From a virus: a DNA stretch of 64,000 bases. Each line of letters starts with the position of its first letter. The first letter of the stretch is position 1. A program made the position numbers and the translations under genes. The stretch is from IMG/VR virus record IMGVR_UViG_3300017917_002762, positions 61,947 to 125,946 of that record; one strand, 5' to 3'. Positions 49,984 through 59,666 of this stretch are shown here, piece by piece. The notes beneath the pieces were generated by a model that was not told where the DNA came from, did not search any database, and was given only the letters and a program-made list of their open reading frames with translations.

Positions 49984-52011
49984 TTAAATCATTTCTACAA
50001 ATTGAGCACCACCAGCTGTTTGCGAAGCTTTTAAAATATAATCTCCTAAAAGTGCATTACTACCAGTTGTTGCTGAAGTTATTGTACCGCCAGCAGTATA
50101 AGATGAATTATAAATTAATTTATCAATAGTAATATTACTTGGAACAGCAATTTCAATTAAATATTGATCATTATCAAATGTTGTAGTAGGATTGTTAAAT
50201 CTAGGAACATTATGAAGAATGCAAAGTTTATTGTAAAGACTGTTTCTATTAGAAAGAGTCATCATATCCATTACACCTGGATTAGCTTCAATTTCACGCA
50301 TACGGAATTGATCAACATTAGTTCCATCTCCAAATGCTTCTTGACGATATTTACCAGTAAGAATTAATTCACGAAGAACTGTTTCACCAATACCTTGTGT
50401 TTGAGCAATTGTTTGAATTTCTTCACCTGCATAATATGTTACACCATTTGAAGTTATAGCTTTACCAAAACATTGAGGTTGATTAGGATTACCTGTATCA
50501 TCAGTAAATGATGTAAAAATTCTAAGTGGCTCTAAATCATAATTATCTGTTACAGTAAATGTGGCATTTCCAAATTTAGTTTCTACATAAGCAGAAGTTA
50601 ATTCTAAATATGCATTAATAGAACTTGTAAATACAGATGGTGATATTGATTGTGCAGTATATACATAAGTTCCATTTCCAGCTGTACCAGAAGAAACAAC
50701 ACTTGAAATTACACTTGTAAATGTTGTACCAGCAGTTGCAGAAATACTTGCCGCAGATATTGTAGTGCTAGAAGGTGTATATAAATCTGCTGCTGCTACT
50801 AAATTAATATTACCACTACCTGTTGTAGCAGTATGAGTTGAAGCAACAAAGAAATAAGCTCCTAATGTACCAGCTGCTGGTCCAGTTATTGTTGTAGCAG
50901 GTACATTTTGTGAAATATTAACTTCAAAAGTTGAATTAGCAGCACCACCATTACCAGAAAGTAATCTTACAATTTTAGTTCCTGGAATTACCCCAGTACC
51001 AGTAATTGTCATACCAACAGTAAAAGGAGATGCAGTAGTTGCAGTAACAACTGTAAAAGTTGTTCCTGAAATTGTTGAAGAAGCACTAGATGGTTGTGCA
51101 GTTAAAGCACAAAATACTCTATCTCCAGGTAATATACCATCTTGTGTAGCTGTAATGTAAGTCTGAGTAGTAGTTGCAGTTGGAGTTAAACTTGCTGTTT
51201 GATTTAAAAGTTTAGCAGAAACTAAATCTTTTGTTAAAGGAAAAGTATTAATCTGAGTTCTCCATTGATCTAAAATAATAACAGGATCAACAAAATAACC
51301 ATCAGTTCCAAGAACTTGACCATCAACTGTACGATATACATTATGTGATAAAAAACGTAATGCAGGTGATCCTTTAAGATCAATACGCATTCTATATTGT
51401 GTATTTGCATAAGGAGCTACACTTGTAGAAGCTGATAATGTAACATTAGTTTGAACTTTTACAATGTTATTTTGAGGAGCTTTAGCTTGTACCCAAAAAA
51501 TACGACTAATATATTTTGGATTAATCATTTTAGATTTAACTGATTCTTTATAACCACCATGAGCACCAATTGTATCTGTAGTATAATATGATCCTTGTAT
51601 AATATAAAATGGTGTTGAAGGAACTGTTGCTACTACATTATCTATTGGAGCAAATGTATTAGTATAAAGACCAAGATAACCAGCAGGCAATGCATTAGAA
51701 TTTAATAAAAAAGATCCAGCAGTACCAGTAATACTAATGCTAACAGTTGAACTTCCTAAATCAACTGTAAAAGTTGTTGTTGAAGGAACAGCTGTTACAG
51801 TCCAAGTACCATTATAACCAGCTGGAGTAACTCCACTAATAGTAATAATATTACCAACAGATAAGTTATGTACTGATGCTGATGCAATTGTATACAAAGT
51901 TCCTACTTTTGTAGTAGTTTGATTATTAATTGCAATTTTTGGATAAGTTGCCAATGAACCAGATACACTTTTACCTAATAGGGTTTTGCGAAATGCGTGA
52001 CTAAAATACAT
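49984..52011 (-). CDS. Major virion structural protein (675 aa; auxiliary capsid/fibre-like) with inserted Thr-rich beta modules
   Basis: ORF track; codon usage like highly expressed genes; followed by a strong terminator; insertions such as VHNLSVGNIITISGVTPAGYNGTWTVTAV and FTVGMTITGTGVIPGT. Confidence 0.6.
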   Translation of the reverse strand: MYFSHAFRKTLLGKSVSGSLATYPKIAINNQTTTKVGTLYTIASASVHNLSVGNIITISGVTPAGYNGTWTVTAVPSTTTFTVDLGSSTVSISITGTAGSFLLNSNALPAGYLGLYTNTFAPIDNVVATVPSTPFYIIQGSYYTTDTIGAHGGYKESVKSKMINPKYISRIFWVQAKAPQNNIVKVQTNVTLSASTSVAPYANTQYRMRIDLKGSPALRFLSHNVYRTVDGQVLGTDGYFVDPVIILDQWRTQINTFPLTKDLVSAKLLNQTASLTPTATTTQTYITATQDGILPGDRVFCALTAQPSSASSTISGTTFTVVTATTASPFTVGMTITGTGVIPGTKIVRLLSGNGGAANSTFEVNISQNVPATTITGPAAGTLGAYFFVASTHTATTGSGNINLVAAADLYTPSSTTISAASISATAGTTFTSVISSVVSSGTAGNGTYVYTAQSISPSVFTSSINAYLELTSAYVETKFGNATFTVTDNYDLEPLRIFTSFTDDTGNPNQPQCFGKAITSNGVTYYAGEEIQTIAQTQGIGETVLRELILTGKYRQEAFGDGTNVDQFRMREIEANPGVMDMMTLSNRNSLYNKLCILHNVPRFNNPTTTFDNDQYLIEIAVPSNITIDKLIYNSSYTAGGTITSATTGSNALLGDYILKASQTAGGAQFVEMI

Positions 52012-52090
52012 AATGTTTAAAATTTAAATGTTTATAAATAAAAAAAAGTTTACAATAATAATATAGTATGTTAATTTAAATTTTCCAAAT

Positions 52091-52555
52091 TTATTTTAAA
52101 AATAATAATTTATATTTTGTAGAATTTAATGAACTTTTTACATTATCAAGATCATTTACTATTTCTGAATAAGGCATTTTACCTTGAAGAGTTGTTACCA
52201 TAGAAGTTAATTCTCTTAAATAAGATAGTGCTTCTGATACAGAAGCTAATACTCTTGGTGCTGTGTCTGAATATTCTAATATTTTTTCAGCAGCTCCTTG
52301 AAATCCTTCAGCAAGATCATCTGCATGATCTGGAAGTGCATCATATAATTCATTTAATGCTTTATGTCCAGCATAAGAACCTATACCTTGTATTTTTAAA
52401 TGTAATTTATGAAATGATGTTGCAGCATTCATAAGTTCTGAAACACAAGCAGCAGTCATTGTTTCTAATGATGAAGAACTAGATGTGCCAGAATAAGAAG
52501 CACTTGTTGATTTTCCATCACGTTCAAAAATATTTGGTCTATTAATTGTTTTCAT
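52091..52555 (-). CDS. Dps/ferritin-like four-helix protein (DUF5856-like, 154 aa)
   Basis: SFHKLHL...YAGHKALNELYD.L.DHADDLAEGFQG matches the Dps-type H..HW...H..l.e.Yd......D.laE pattern. Confidence 0.75.
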   Translation of the reverse strand: MKTINRPNIFERDGKSTSASYSGTSSSSSLETMTAACVSELMNAATSFHKLHLKIQGIGSYAGHKALNELYDALPDHADDLAEGFQGAAEKILEYSDTAPRVLASVSEALSYLRELTSMVTTLQGKMPYSEIVNDLDNVKSSLNSTKYKLLFLK

Positions 52556-52567
52556 TTTTTAATATTT

Positions 52568-53272
52568 TTAATTATTTCTTTCTGAATTTTGTAATTCTCT
52601 TTGATATTGAGCCATTGATTCTATATCTCCTGCTAATATTGCAGCAGCACCATCTATTAATTTTTCTACAATATCATCTTTAAACTCTGATATAACATCA
52701 GAAGAATTAACATTTCCTGTAGTTAAATTAATACAATTAACAAATTCTACGTTTTTAGGTTTTCTATAATAAGTTAATGTAGGGTTTATAACTTCAAATT
52801 TGTTATTTGTATATATTCTAATTTTATTATTTACTATTGTACAAAAAGTTTCTTTCCATTCAAAACTAGGTTCTGTATTTTTATCTCCTAATAAAATATC
52901 TACATCTGATTCAGATGCTAAATAAACTATCATTTTTCTTTCAGGACAATCCTTTGTTTTTGCAAAAAAAGAAACTCTTTTAAAATTTAAATAATCATCA
53001 GGAATAACTTTTGATTCATAATAAATTTCATTTTCAGTGCTTTTAGTTAATTTAAAATTTGTAATTAAAACTTGTAAATCATCAATAGAGTTAATTGTTT
53101 GTTCATTACCTTCTAGTTTAGAATTTAATCCTGCAATTCTTCTTGATGAAAATTCTAATTGCTCTTTATTAAAAGCTTCTGCAATTTGCCAACATTCTAA
53201 ATTATCATAGTCAAAACTTGATAATTTATTTAAACGTTGTTTAATTTTTATTTGTAGCAAATTGTTATTCAT
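52568..53272 (-). CDS. Putative head-tail ring/adaptor protein (234 aa)
   Basis: LQIKIKQRLNKLSS...LPDDY-like IPDDYLNFKR...LTYYRKP...EFKDDIVEKLID.AA.IL pattern of crAss-like ring proteins. Confidence 0.6.
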   Translation of the reverse strand: MNNNLLQIKIKQRLNKLSSFDYDNLECWQIAEAFNKEQLEFSSRRIAGLNSKLEGNEQTINSIDDLQVLITNFKLTKSTENEIYYESKVIPDDYLNFKRVSFFAKTKDCPERKMIVYLASESDVDILLGDKNTEPSFEWKETFCTIVNNKIRIYTNNKFEVINPTLTYYRKPKNVEFVNCINLTTGNVNSSDVISEFKDDIVEKLIDGAAAILAGDIESMAQYQRELQNSERNN

Positions 53273-53282
53273 TATTTAAATT

Positions 53283-54299
53283 TTATTGATTCCAAAATTT
53301 TTCTACTTGTGTTTGCACATCAATTAGTATTTGTTCATTTAATGGATTTTTGAAAAATTCCACAGCATCATTTGAATTTCTACCAATCATTGTTGCAGAT
53401 GACAAATGATAAATAAAACCATCTGCTTTTGTAGCAATCATTTTATAATAAATAGCATCTTTAACCAATGCTCTTATTTTAAGATTTTCCATATCAAGCT
53501 TACAAACTTCTAAGAAAGTTTCAGCTGTTTTTTTCTTATCTTTTGTTACTAATTCACCACTAATATATTTATCCATATTATCATAAATAATATCATTTGG
53601 TGTTGATTTTTTATATTGAGCACTATTTATATCTAGTATTTTAGCAATATAAAATAATTTATTTTGATTTTTATCAAATAATTTATGAAGTTCAGCAGCA
53701 GCTTTATTTCTTAATTTTTTAAGTTCTGTATTTGTACTTGCTGTTTCTTCAAGTTTATCTAAATAAAATTTAGGAGGTTTATTCATAGATTTAGCTTCTT
53801 CTAAAGATTTAGCAATCATACTAAAACCTTTATTTTCAATTGCATATAATTTAATTAAATCATATGGGTCTAAAGAAGGATCTAAAAATACTGGTTCATT
53901 ACCACATCTTAATTTTATTTTATCCCAAAATTCTGAATTATCAGGTTTAAGAAGTTTAACTTTATTCCAAAATTCTTTATCTTCAGGATCTACTACATTA
54001 GAATTAAGTTGTTTTTCTAATTGAGAAACAATTATTCTAATTTGTTTAATTTTAGCTTCTCTTTCTTCTGGAGATAAATCATAAAGTTCTGGTGCAAATT
54101 CATTTAACCCTGTTAAATATCTTTTGATACCATTAATTTCTAAACATGCAATTTGTTCTTCATGAAAAACATTGTCAAAAAGAGCTAATCCATAATTTTG
54201 CAATCCCATATTATCTACTTTTGGATCAAAAAATGGTCTAATTGCAATTTTTGATTTTTTGTTTTGTGGATACATTTCCACAATAGTCGGTGTACTCAT
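53283..54299 (-). CDS. Conserved virion-module protein of unknown function (338 aa)
   Basis: ORF track; position two genes after the MCP, as in crAss-like genomes; no motif recognised. Confidence 0.55.
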   Translation of the reverse strand: MSTPTIVEMYPQNKKSKIAIRPFFDPKVDNMGLQNYGLALFDNVFHEEQIACLEINGIKRYLTGLNEFAPELYDLSPEEREAKIKQIRIIVSQLEKQLNSNVVDPEDKEFWNKVKLLKPDNSEFWDKIKLRCGNEPVFLDPSLDPYDLIKLYAIENKGFSMIAKSLEEAKSMNKPPKFYLDKLEETASTNTELKKLRNKAAAELHKLFDKNQNKLFYIAKILDINSAQYKKSTPNDIIYDNMDKYISGELVTKDKKKTAETFLEVCKLDMENLKIRALVKDAIYYKMIATKADGFIYHLSSATMIGRNSNDAVEFFKNPLNEQILIDVQTQVEKFWNQ

Positions 54300-54330
54300 A
54301 TTTGGTTTTTTATTTGGTTAATTATTTTGA

Positions 54331-54430
54331 CCCCAATGAAGGTTGCCAGTCTTCTAAAATAGGCTTATATTGGGGAGCGTAAAGATACTATCTTTACGGG
54401 AGAGTTATTGTTTTAAAAGTTAGCAACCTT
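54331..54430 (-). other. Structured intergenic RNA element (hairpins plus possible pseudoknot)
   Basis: Complementary pairs: 54331-54337 with 54369-54375 (CCCCAAT/ATTGGGG); 54378-54386 with 54390-54398 (9-bp stem); 54339-54346 with 54423-54430 (AAGGTTGC/GCAACCTT). Confidence 0.45.
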
Positions 54431-54461
54431 TCTTGCCACCTTTCTTTCCTTTTCCTTTCAT
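54420..54461 (-). CDS. Lys/Gly-rich micro-ORF, MKGKGKKGGKKGC (13 aa)
   Basis: ATG at 54461 lies 10 nt after the upstream stop, behind an AT-rich leader; TAA at 54422-54420; highly non-random K/G composition. Confidence 0.5.
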   Translation of the reverse strand: MKGKGKKGGKKGC

Positions 54462-54471
54462 GTTATATTAA

Positions 54472-55056
54472 TTATGGATTAATTGAAAATGCACTAGCAG
54501 CTGTTCCAGAACATACAGCTATTCCTTCAACTGACCATAATGTAGTTGATAAACATGTAAAACGTAATTTAGTTCCAGTAAGACGGCCTTTTGTATCTGC
54601 ATCCATTAAAAATGATTTATTACCAGTTGCAAGAAGACTTTGAAATACATTATTAGTTGAACCTGATCCAGTATATCCACCAATTAAAAGTTCTGTTGCT
54701 GCTGCTGGAACTATTTTATATGTTCCTGTTCCATTAACAGTTACAACAAAATCAAAATACATACCTATAGTAGATGCACTAGCTGTTGGAAGTGTAAAAG
54801 TAATACCAGCTGCTCTATCCATTAATATTAAAGAACCTGATTGAGCTGTAGTTAAAGTTACTGTTGCTCCACTACCAGAAACAATATTTAAATCTTGACC
54901 TTTAACTATTGTCATACCTGTAGTAGAATTATAATCTACAGAAGCATTTATATAATCAACTAAAGAATTTAAATGTCCAAATTTAGCAAGAGCCATGTCT
55001 GACTGTGCTTTTAAAAAGGTATCTGGAGATGTAGGAAAAAATTTTGTATATGCCAT
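54472..55056 (-). CDS. Putative capsid decoration/auxiliary protein (194 aa)
   Basis: Follows the MCP (after the HEG insertion); LTTAQSGSLILMDRAAGITFTLP beta-rich pattern typical of phage decoration proteins. Confidence 0.5.
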   Translation of the reverse strand: MAYTKFFPTSPDTFLKAQSDMALAKFGHLNSLVDYINASVDYNSTTGMTIVKGQDLNIVSGSGATVTLTTAQSGSLILMDRAAGITFTLPTASASTIGMYFDFVVTVNGTGTYKIVPAAATELLIGGYTGSGSTNNVFQSLLATGNKSFLMDADTKGRLTGTKLRFTCLSTTLWSVEGIAVCSGTAASAFSINP

Positions 55057-55094
55057 TTTATTTTAAATTTATAAAGTTATAAAAAATTGTTTAT

Positions 55095-55934
55095 TTATTT
55101 GAATTTGAGATATGTTTGATATTTGCGTTCTAAATATATTGAAGAATCTTTATAAAGTAAGTCTAATATTTGTTTTGCAACATTGTTAACAAAAGCTGTT
55201 TCATAATTGTTTTTAGTTCCTTTTTTAAAACGTGCTGTTGTAACATCTGTTTTTATATTATTATATTTTACAAATTCAATAAAACATTGTACTGTATCAA
55301 TTGTTCCACACAATCCAAGCCATGTATATTTATACTGTCTAGTATGTGTATAACTAATCCAACCATCACCATCTATTACACCTCTCCAAAAATCTCTTGA
55401 ATTTACCAAGTCTTTATGAACAGTAGCATCATATGTTTTATTATTTGTAAAATTTAATGATGTTAATCTATCATAAATAGATTTACTAGATATAGTAATT
55501 ATAGATGTTTGATATTCTTTTATTTCCCCATTTACATTCTTTTTTCTTATATTATCGCGAATAGTAACTCCTGCTGATAAAAAAGATTTAAATTTTTCTA
55601 GATGATGTCTATCTTTAGTATTAATGTCAATGGATATAAGATATCTTCCATTTTTACTATAAATATAACCATCTGCATAGATAAATCCAATCCAATATAA
55701 AGATTCTGGAGTAAGAATATCAAAAGCATTATGTTTCAAAGAACCAGATCCGTTATCAATAAGCTGTTGCTCTGATTGTGTTCTTAATTTTAAACCTTCA
55801 TTAAGAATCACATTACGGACTGTTTTTTTACTTACACCAAGGGCATCTATAATTTTACTTATAGAATACCCTTGGTTTAAATAAAGATCTAATATTTCTG
55901 ATTTTTTTTCTTCTGTTCTTTTTTGTAGTTTCAT
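55095..55934 (-). mobile_element. Free-standing double-motif LAGLIDADG homing endonuclease with N-terminal HTH (279 aa)
   Basis: YWIGFIYADGYI and FWRGVIDGDGWI motifs; N-terminal YSISKIIDALGVSKKTVRNVI HTH; C-terminal LYKDSSIYLERKY; inserted between the MCP and the next structural gene. Confidence 0.9.
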
Positions 55935-55953
55935 TTTTGTATGTATTATAATA

Positions 55954-55984
55954 CAAAGATAAAAAGTATTTTTATATTTTCCAA
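55954..55984 (-). promoter_or_regulatory. Bacteroidota sigma70-type promoter (TTG-N20-TATCTTTG) upstream of the homing endonuclease
   Basis: TATCTTTG at 55961-55954 and TTG at 55984-55982; 19 nt upstream of the HEG ATG. Confidence 0.6.
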
Positions 55985-56013
55985 GAACAGAGGTAAAAAA
56001 AATCCACCTGTAC

Positions 56014-57657
56014 TTAGAAACTTGATCCAGTAATTGGATTACGCATTACAATTTTCAACACTTTAGTTGGATCTTTCACCCAAATTGCTGGCATTGTTTG
56101 AGACATCATTACACGATATCCATTAAAGTTACCTGAACTTTGGAATCCTTGTGTACGACCCATATAATCCATAGTACCATTTTGATAGAACCATTTCAAT
56201 TGATTATCCCAAGATAATTTCAACAAGAAAATGTTGTCATTTGTATTATCTGTAATATCAAAGATAATGAAGTTATAAGATGATAATGGGAAACCATCAA
56301 TCAATGGATTTTCAATATCGTTAGTATGTACATTATCAAATGCTGGATTCAATACAAATTTAACATTTGCTAAGAATGGAATTACATATTGTGTATAAGC
56401 AAATCCAAAATTTAAATCCATACCTTGACCTGTAATAGCACCTACTTCGCGAGCATTAATTACCATACCAGAAGCAACAGCATCTTTCTTAATTGCTTCA
56501 TTGATAAGTTTCATACCACCCATACCTGTTTGTACTACAAGACTACGTTGAGGATCTGGACCTTTAAATTCAACTTTACCATTAAAGAAGTTAAAAATTT
56601 CTGCTCTAAACAAATCTAAATCAAAACTAGATTTATTATAAATACGCTTGTAAGAATTATCAAGTTGTTTCCAAAGACCAATTGATAAACGCATGTCATC
56701 TGGACCATCTTGTTTAATTCTACCACCTTGACCCCACATCAAATAAGTTTCAATGTCATTTGCAATTTTACTCAAGTGAGCTGCTTCAAGTGTAGTTAAG
56801 AAAGTGCGAGATAATTGACCACTTTGATATGCTTTTTTAACATAATCAGGTCCCATTTTCTCAGCCATTTTTTCAAGAGAAGTAATTGAAGGATCTAATG
56901 ATTTATCAAAGTTTCTCCATAATTCAATTACTGGAACTGTACCATCTGCTTTCATACCACCTTTCATCATCATATCAGCTTTAGAGCTAATTGAATAATG
57001 AACGTGTGCTTCAGCACCTCCTACGAAATTGTAGAATTCACGAAATCCAGAACGTACATCACCAATATCAGAAAAACGTTCACCATATTCTCCACGTGCA
57101 GAACCTTTACGGAATACTTTAGCACCTGTTTTAAAAGGATTAGCTGCTGTTTGGTTAATAGCTTTTGTACTATCGTTATTTACAATTTGCACAGTGTATA
57201 CAAATGAATCACCAGCTGGAACAATATCATCAGCAGTGATGTACATTTCAACACCATTGTATTTGTCATAAGTGATAATATCACCATGTCCAAATGTACG
57301 TTTGTTCAAACGAATTTTAAAAGTAGTACCATCAGCACCATAAGTTGAATTTGTTGAACCACCATTGGTTACATATAATTCTTCTGTTAAATATGGAAGA
57401 TCTTGTGCCACTGGAACTTGCCATTTGTATTCTCCACGTGCATTATCTACCATGATTACATTTTTACCTCCAAATGAACTCATTTGATAAAGAGGCATTT
57501 CTACTTTTTGGGTCATTGCCCAAAGATCTACTGGACCAAGATCCATAGGTTCTGCTGATTTCAGCATACTTGTCATGTGGTATGAATCTACATGCGAACT
57601 TGTTTTATAACTGTTATCGCGTAAAAATATACCATTGTTTAAAATTGGTGTACTCAT
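56014..57657 (-). CDS. Major capsid protein (547 aa)
   Basis: Position after portal and scaffold-like genes, highly-expressed codon bias, ETYLMWGQGG...SIGLWKQL and VLNPAFD motifs as in crAss-like MCPs. Confidence 0.85.
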   Translation of the reverse strand: MSTPILNNGIFLRDNSYKTSSHVDSYHMTSMLKSAEPMDLGPVDLWAMTQKVEMPLYQMSSFGGKNVIMVDNARGEYKWQVPVAQDLPYLTEELYVTNGGSTNSTYGADGTTFKIRLNKRTFGHGDIITYDKYNGVEMYITADDIVPAGDSFVYTVQIVNNDSTKAINQTAANPFKTGAKVFRKGSARGEYGERFSDIGDVRSGFREFYNFVGGAEAHVHYSISSKADMMMKGGMKADGTVPVIELWRNFDKSLDPSITSLEKMAEKMGPDYVKKAYQSGQLSRTFLTTLEAAHLSKIANDIETYLMWGQGGRIKQDGPDDMRLSIGLWKQLDNSYKRIYNKSSFDLDLFRAEIFNFFNGKVEFKGPDPQRSLVVQTGMGGMKLINEAIKKDAVASGMVINAREVGAITGQGMDLNFGFAYTQYVIPFLANVKFVLNPAFDNVHTNDIENPLIDGFPLSSYNFIIFDITDNTNDNIFLLKLSWDNQLKWFYQNGTMDYMGRTQGFQSSGNFNGYRVMMSQTMPAIWVKDPTKVLKIVMRNPITGSSF

Positions 57658-57674
57658 ATTTATTTGTTTTTAAA

Positions 57675-58898
57675 TTATCTTTGAAATATATTTCTTTGTC
57701 TTGTTAATTTTTTAATTTCATTATTTTGTTCTACGTTAATAGAAACATTATTTTTAGATCTAGATTGTTCTGTTTTTAAAGCTCTTACAGTTTGTTCAAT
57801 TTTTTCATTTCCTCCTAATCTTTTAATATTATTTCTATAATCTTCAGGATTAGAAAGTAACCACAAAGCTTCTGCAATTAAATCATATCTAGGTTCTACA
57901 TATTGATATTTTTCTAACAAATGCCCTAATAAATTTGTAGGATTACCACTAATAGAAGGGTATTGTGTTTGAATCAATCCATTATATAAAAAAGATTGTA
58001 CTTTTTTATCAAGTTTTAATCCAGCTAATTGACCAGGTCTTAATGCTTCAAAAACATTTTCAACATAAGCTTGTGCTGCTTGTTCTTGTTGTTGTTTAAT
58101 CATTTCTTGTTGTGCAAGTTTTGATTGAATAATCTCTTCTTGCATTGCATCAAGTTTAGGTTTGAATTGTTTTGCTTTTTTTTCAAGTTGACCTAAATCT
58201 TTCCAATTATTTAATTCTTCTTCAATTTCTTCAGCATCTCCAAAATTAGTAGCTTGAAGATAAGATCTTACAATTGTTTCTTGATCTCCATCATTAGAAG
58301 GATCCATTTCTCTAACTTGTTCTACTTGTGCAAGTACTTGAAATAATCCTTTTAAATCTTGACCTCCATCTGCTACATATTTAGCAGCATATTGTAATTC
58401 TTCAGGAAGACTTTCAAAAAATTGTGCAGGTGTTTGAGAAGCAACTTCTTCTTTTAAATTAGAAATATTTGCTTGCCACAACTCATCAACATCTTTTTCA
58501 CTCAAAGAACTTAAATAGTCATCTAAAGATTGTTTGCTTTCATCAAAATCATCAAATGCAAACATTTCATTTGATTCTATTCTTTTTTTAAGAAAATTTA
58601 CAAGTCCTGATTTTTCTGATTTTGTTTTATTTCCATCAAATTTTTCAAAATCATCTTGTTCTGGAACTTTACTTATTTCTTCTATTACATCTTTAGATTC
58701 TAAAGAATTTTTTTCTTCTCCTTCCTCATCTAAAAATGAAATATCTGTTTTTGCAGAAGAAAATATATTAGGTTTTTCTTCTGTATTTATTTCTGGTGTA
58801 ATTATTGAATCTGCTCCAGGAGCACCAATCCAACTATCAATATCCAGATTAATTTTTTCTACAGATGTATTATCTGTATTTAAATTTTGCTTTTCCAT
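57675..58898 (-). CDS. Acidic scaffold-like protein (407 aa)
   Basis: E/D-rich, coiled-coil-like; directly upstream of the MCP. Confidence 0.6.
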   Translation of the reverse strand: MEKQNLNTDNTSVEKINLDIDSWIGAPGADSIITPEINTEEKPNIFSSAKTDISFLDEEGEEKNSLESKDVIEEISKVPEQDDFEKFDGNKTKSEKSGLVNFLKKRIESNEMFAFDDFDESKQSLDDYLSSLSEKDVDELWQANISNLKEEVASQTPAQFFESLPEELQYAAKYVADGGQDLKGLFQVLAQVEQVREMDPSNDGDQETIVRSYLQATNFGDAEEIEEELNNWKDLGQLEKKAKQFKPKLDAMQEEIIQSKLAQQEMIKQQQEQAAQAYVENVFEALRPGQLAGLKLDKKVQSFLYNGLIQTQYPSISGNPTNLLGHLLEKYQYVEPRYDLIAEALWLLSNPEDYRNNIKRLGGNEKIEQTVRALKTEQSRSKNNVSINVEQNNEIKKLTRQRNIFQR

Positions 58899-59006
58899 TT
58901 ATTATGTTTTTTGGTTTATTACAATTATAATATAATTATTAAATTTATAAAATTTATAAAAAGATATATTTTAATTTTAAAATTATGGATAATAGAGCTA
59001 TAATTT

Positions 59007-59663
59007 TTATGTGTCATTTAATGTTTTAAGAATTTCTTCTACAATAGGATCTCTATGATTAGTTTTAAGTGCTATAGTTTCTATACCATCAATAAAACTA
59101 AGTTTTTTACTCATCCAATCAAATCCACTTTGTCTTTTATCTTTTAAATCTATTTGAGAATTATCTCCTACAAAAATCATTTTAGATCCTATACAAAGTC
59201 TTGTTATAATTAATTCTAATTGTGTTTGAGTTATATTTTGTGATTCATCTATTACCACTAAACAATCTGAAAAATTTCTTCCTCTCATAAATCCAATAGG
59301 AACAACTTCAATATTTCCTTCTAAAATTTCTTTATCTATTTTTTCTTTATTATACAATCTATACATATTATCATATATAGAAGCTGTATATGGTGCTAAC
59401 TTAGCATCTTTATCTCCTGGAAGAAATCCTATTTCTTCACCAGCTGTTACTACTGGTCTTGTAAGAATAATTTTTTTTATTTCTTTTTTAAACAAAAGAT
59501 CTAATGCTATTTGTGCTGCTAAAAGAGATTTACCAGATCCTGCTTGTCCTTTTAAAAAAGTTATTTTTGAAATTAATATTTTTTCTTTAGCTTCTTTTTG
59601 TTCAGAATTTAAAGAGATAGCAAATCTAATTGGATTTTTTGGTTTTGATTTTTCTAATGACAT
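59007..59663 (-). CDS. phoH: PhoH-like ATPase (218 aa)
   Basis: GQAGSGKS Walker A; RPVV...IGFLPG; FMRGRNF; VVIDESQN; TRL...SKMIFVGDNSQID; NHRDPIV. Confidence 0.93.
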   Translation of the reverse strand: MSLEKSKPKNPIRFAISLNSEQKEAKEKILISKITFLKGQAGSGKSLLAAQIALDLLFKKEIKKIILTRPVVTAGEEIGFLPGDKDAKLAPYTASIYDNMYRLYNKEKIDKEILEGNIEVVPIGFMRGRNFSDCLVVIDESQNITQTQLELIITRLCIGSKMIFVGDNSQIDLKDKRQSGFDWMSKKLSFIDGIETIALKTNHRDPIVEEILKTLNDT

Positions 59664-59666
59664 TTA

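Noticed and set aside
55987-56011. Terminator after the major capsid gene
   Set aside because: The inverted repeat (CAGAGGT...CCACCTG) is imperfect and the T run falls in the loop rather than after the stem. At most a degenerate remnant.
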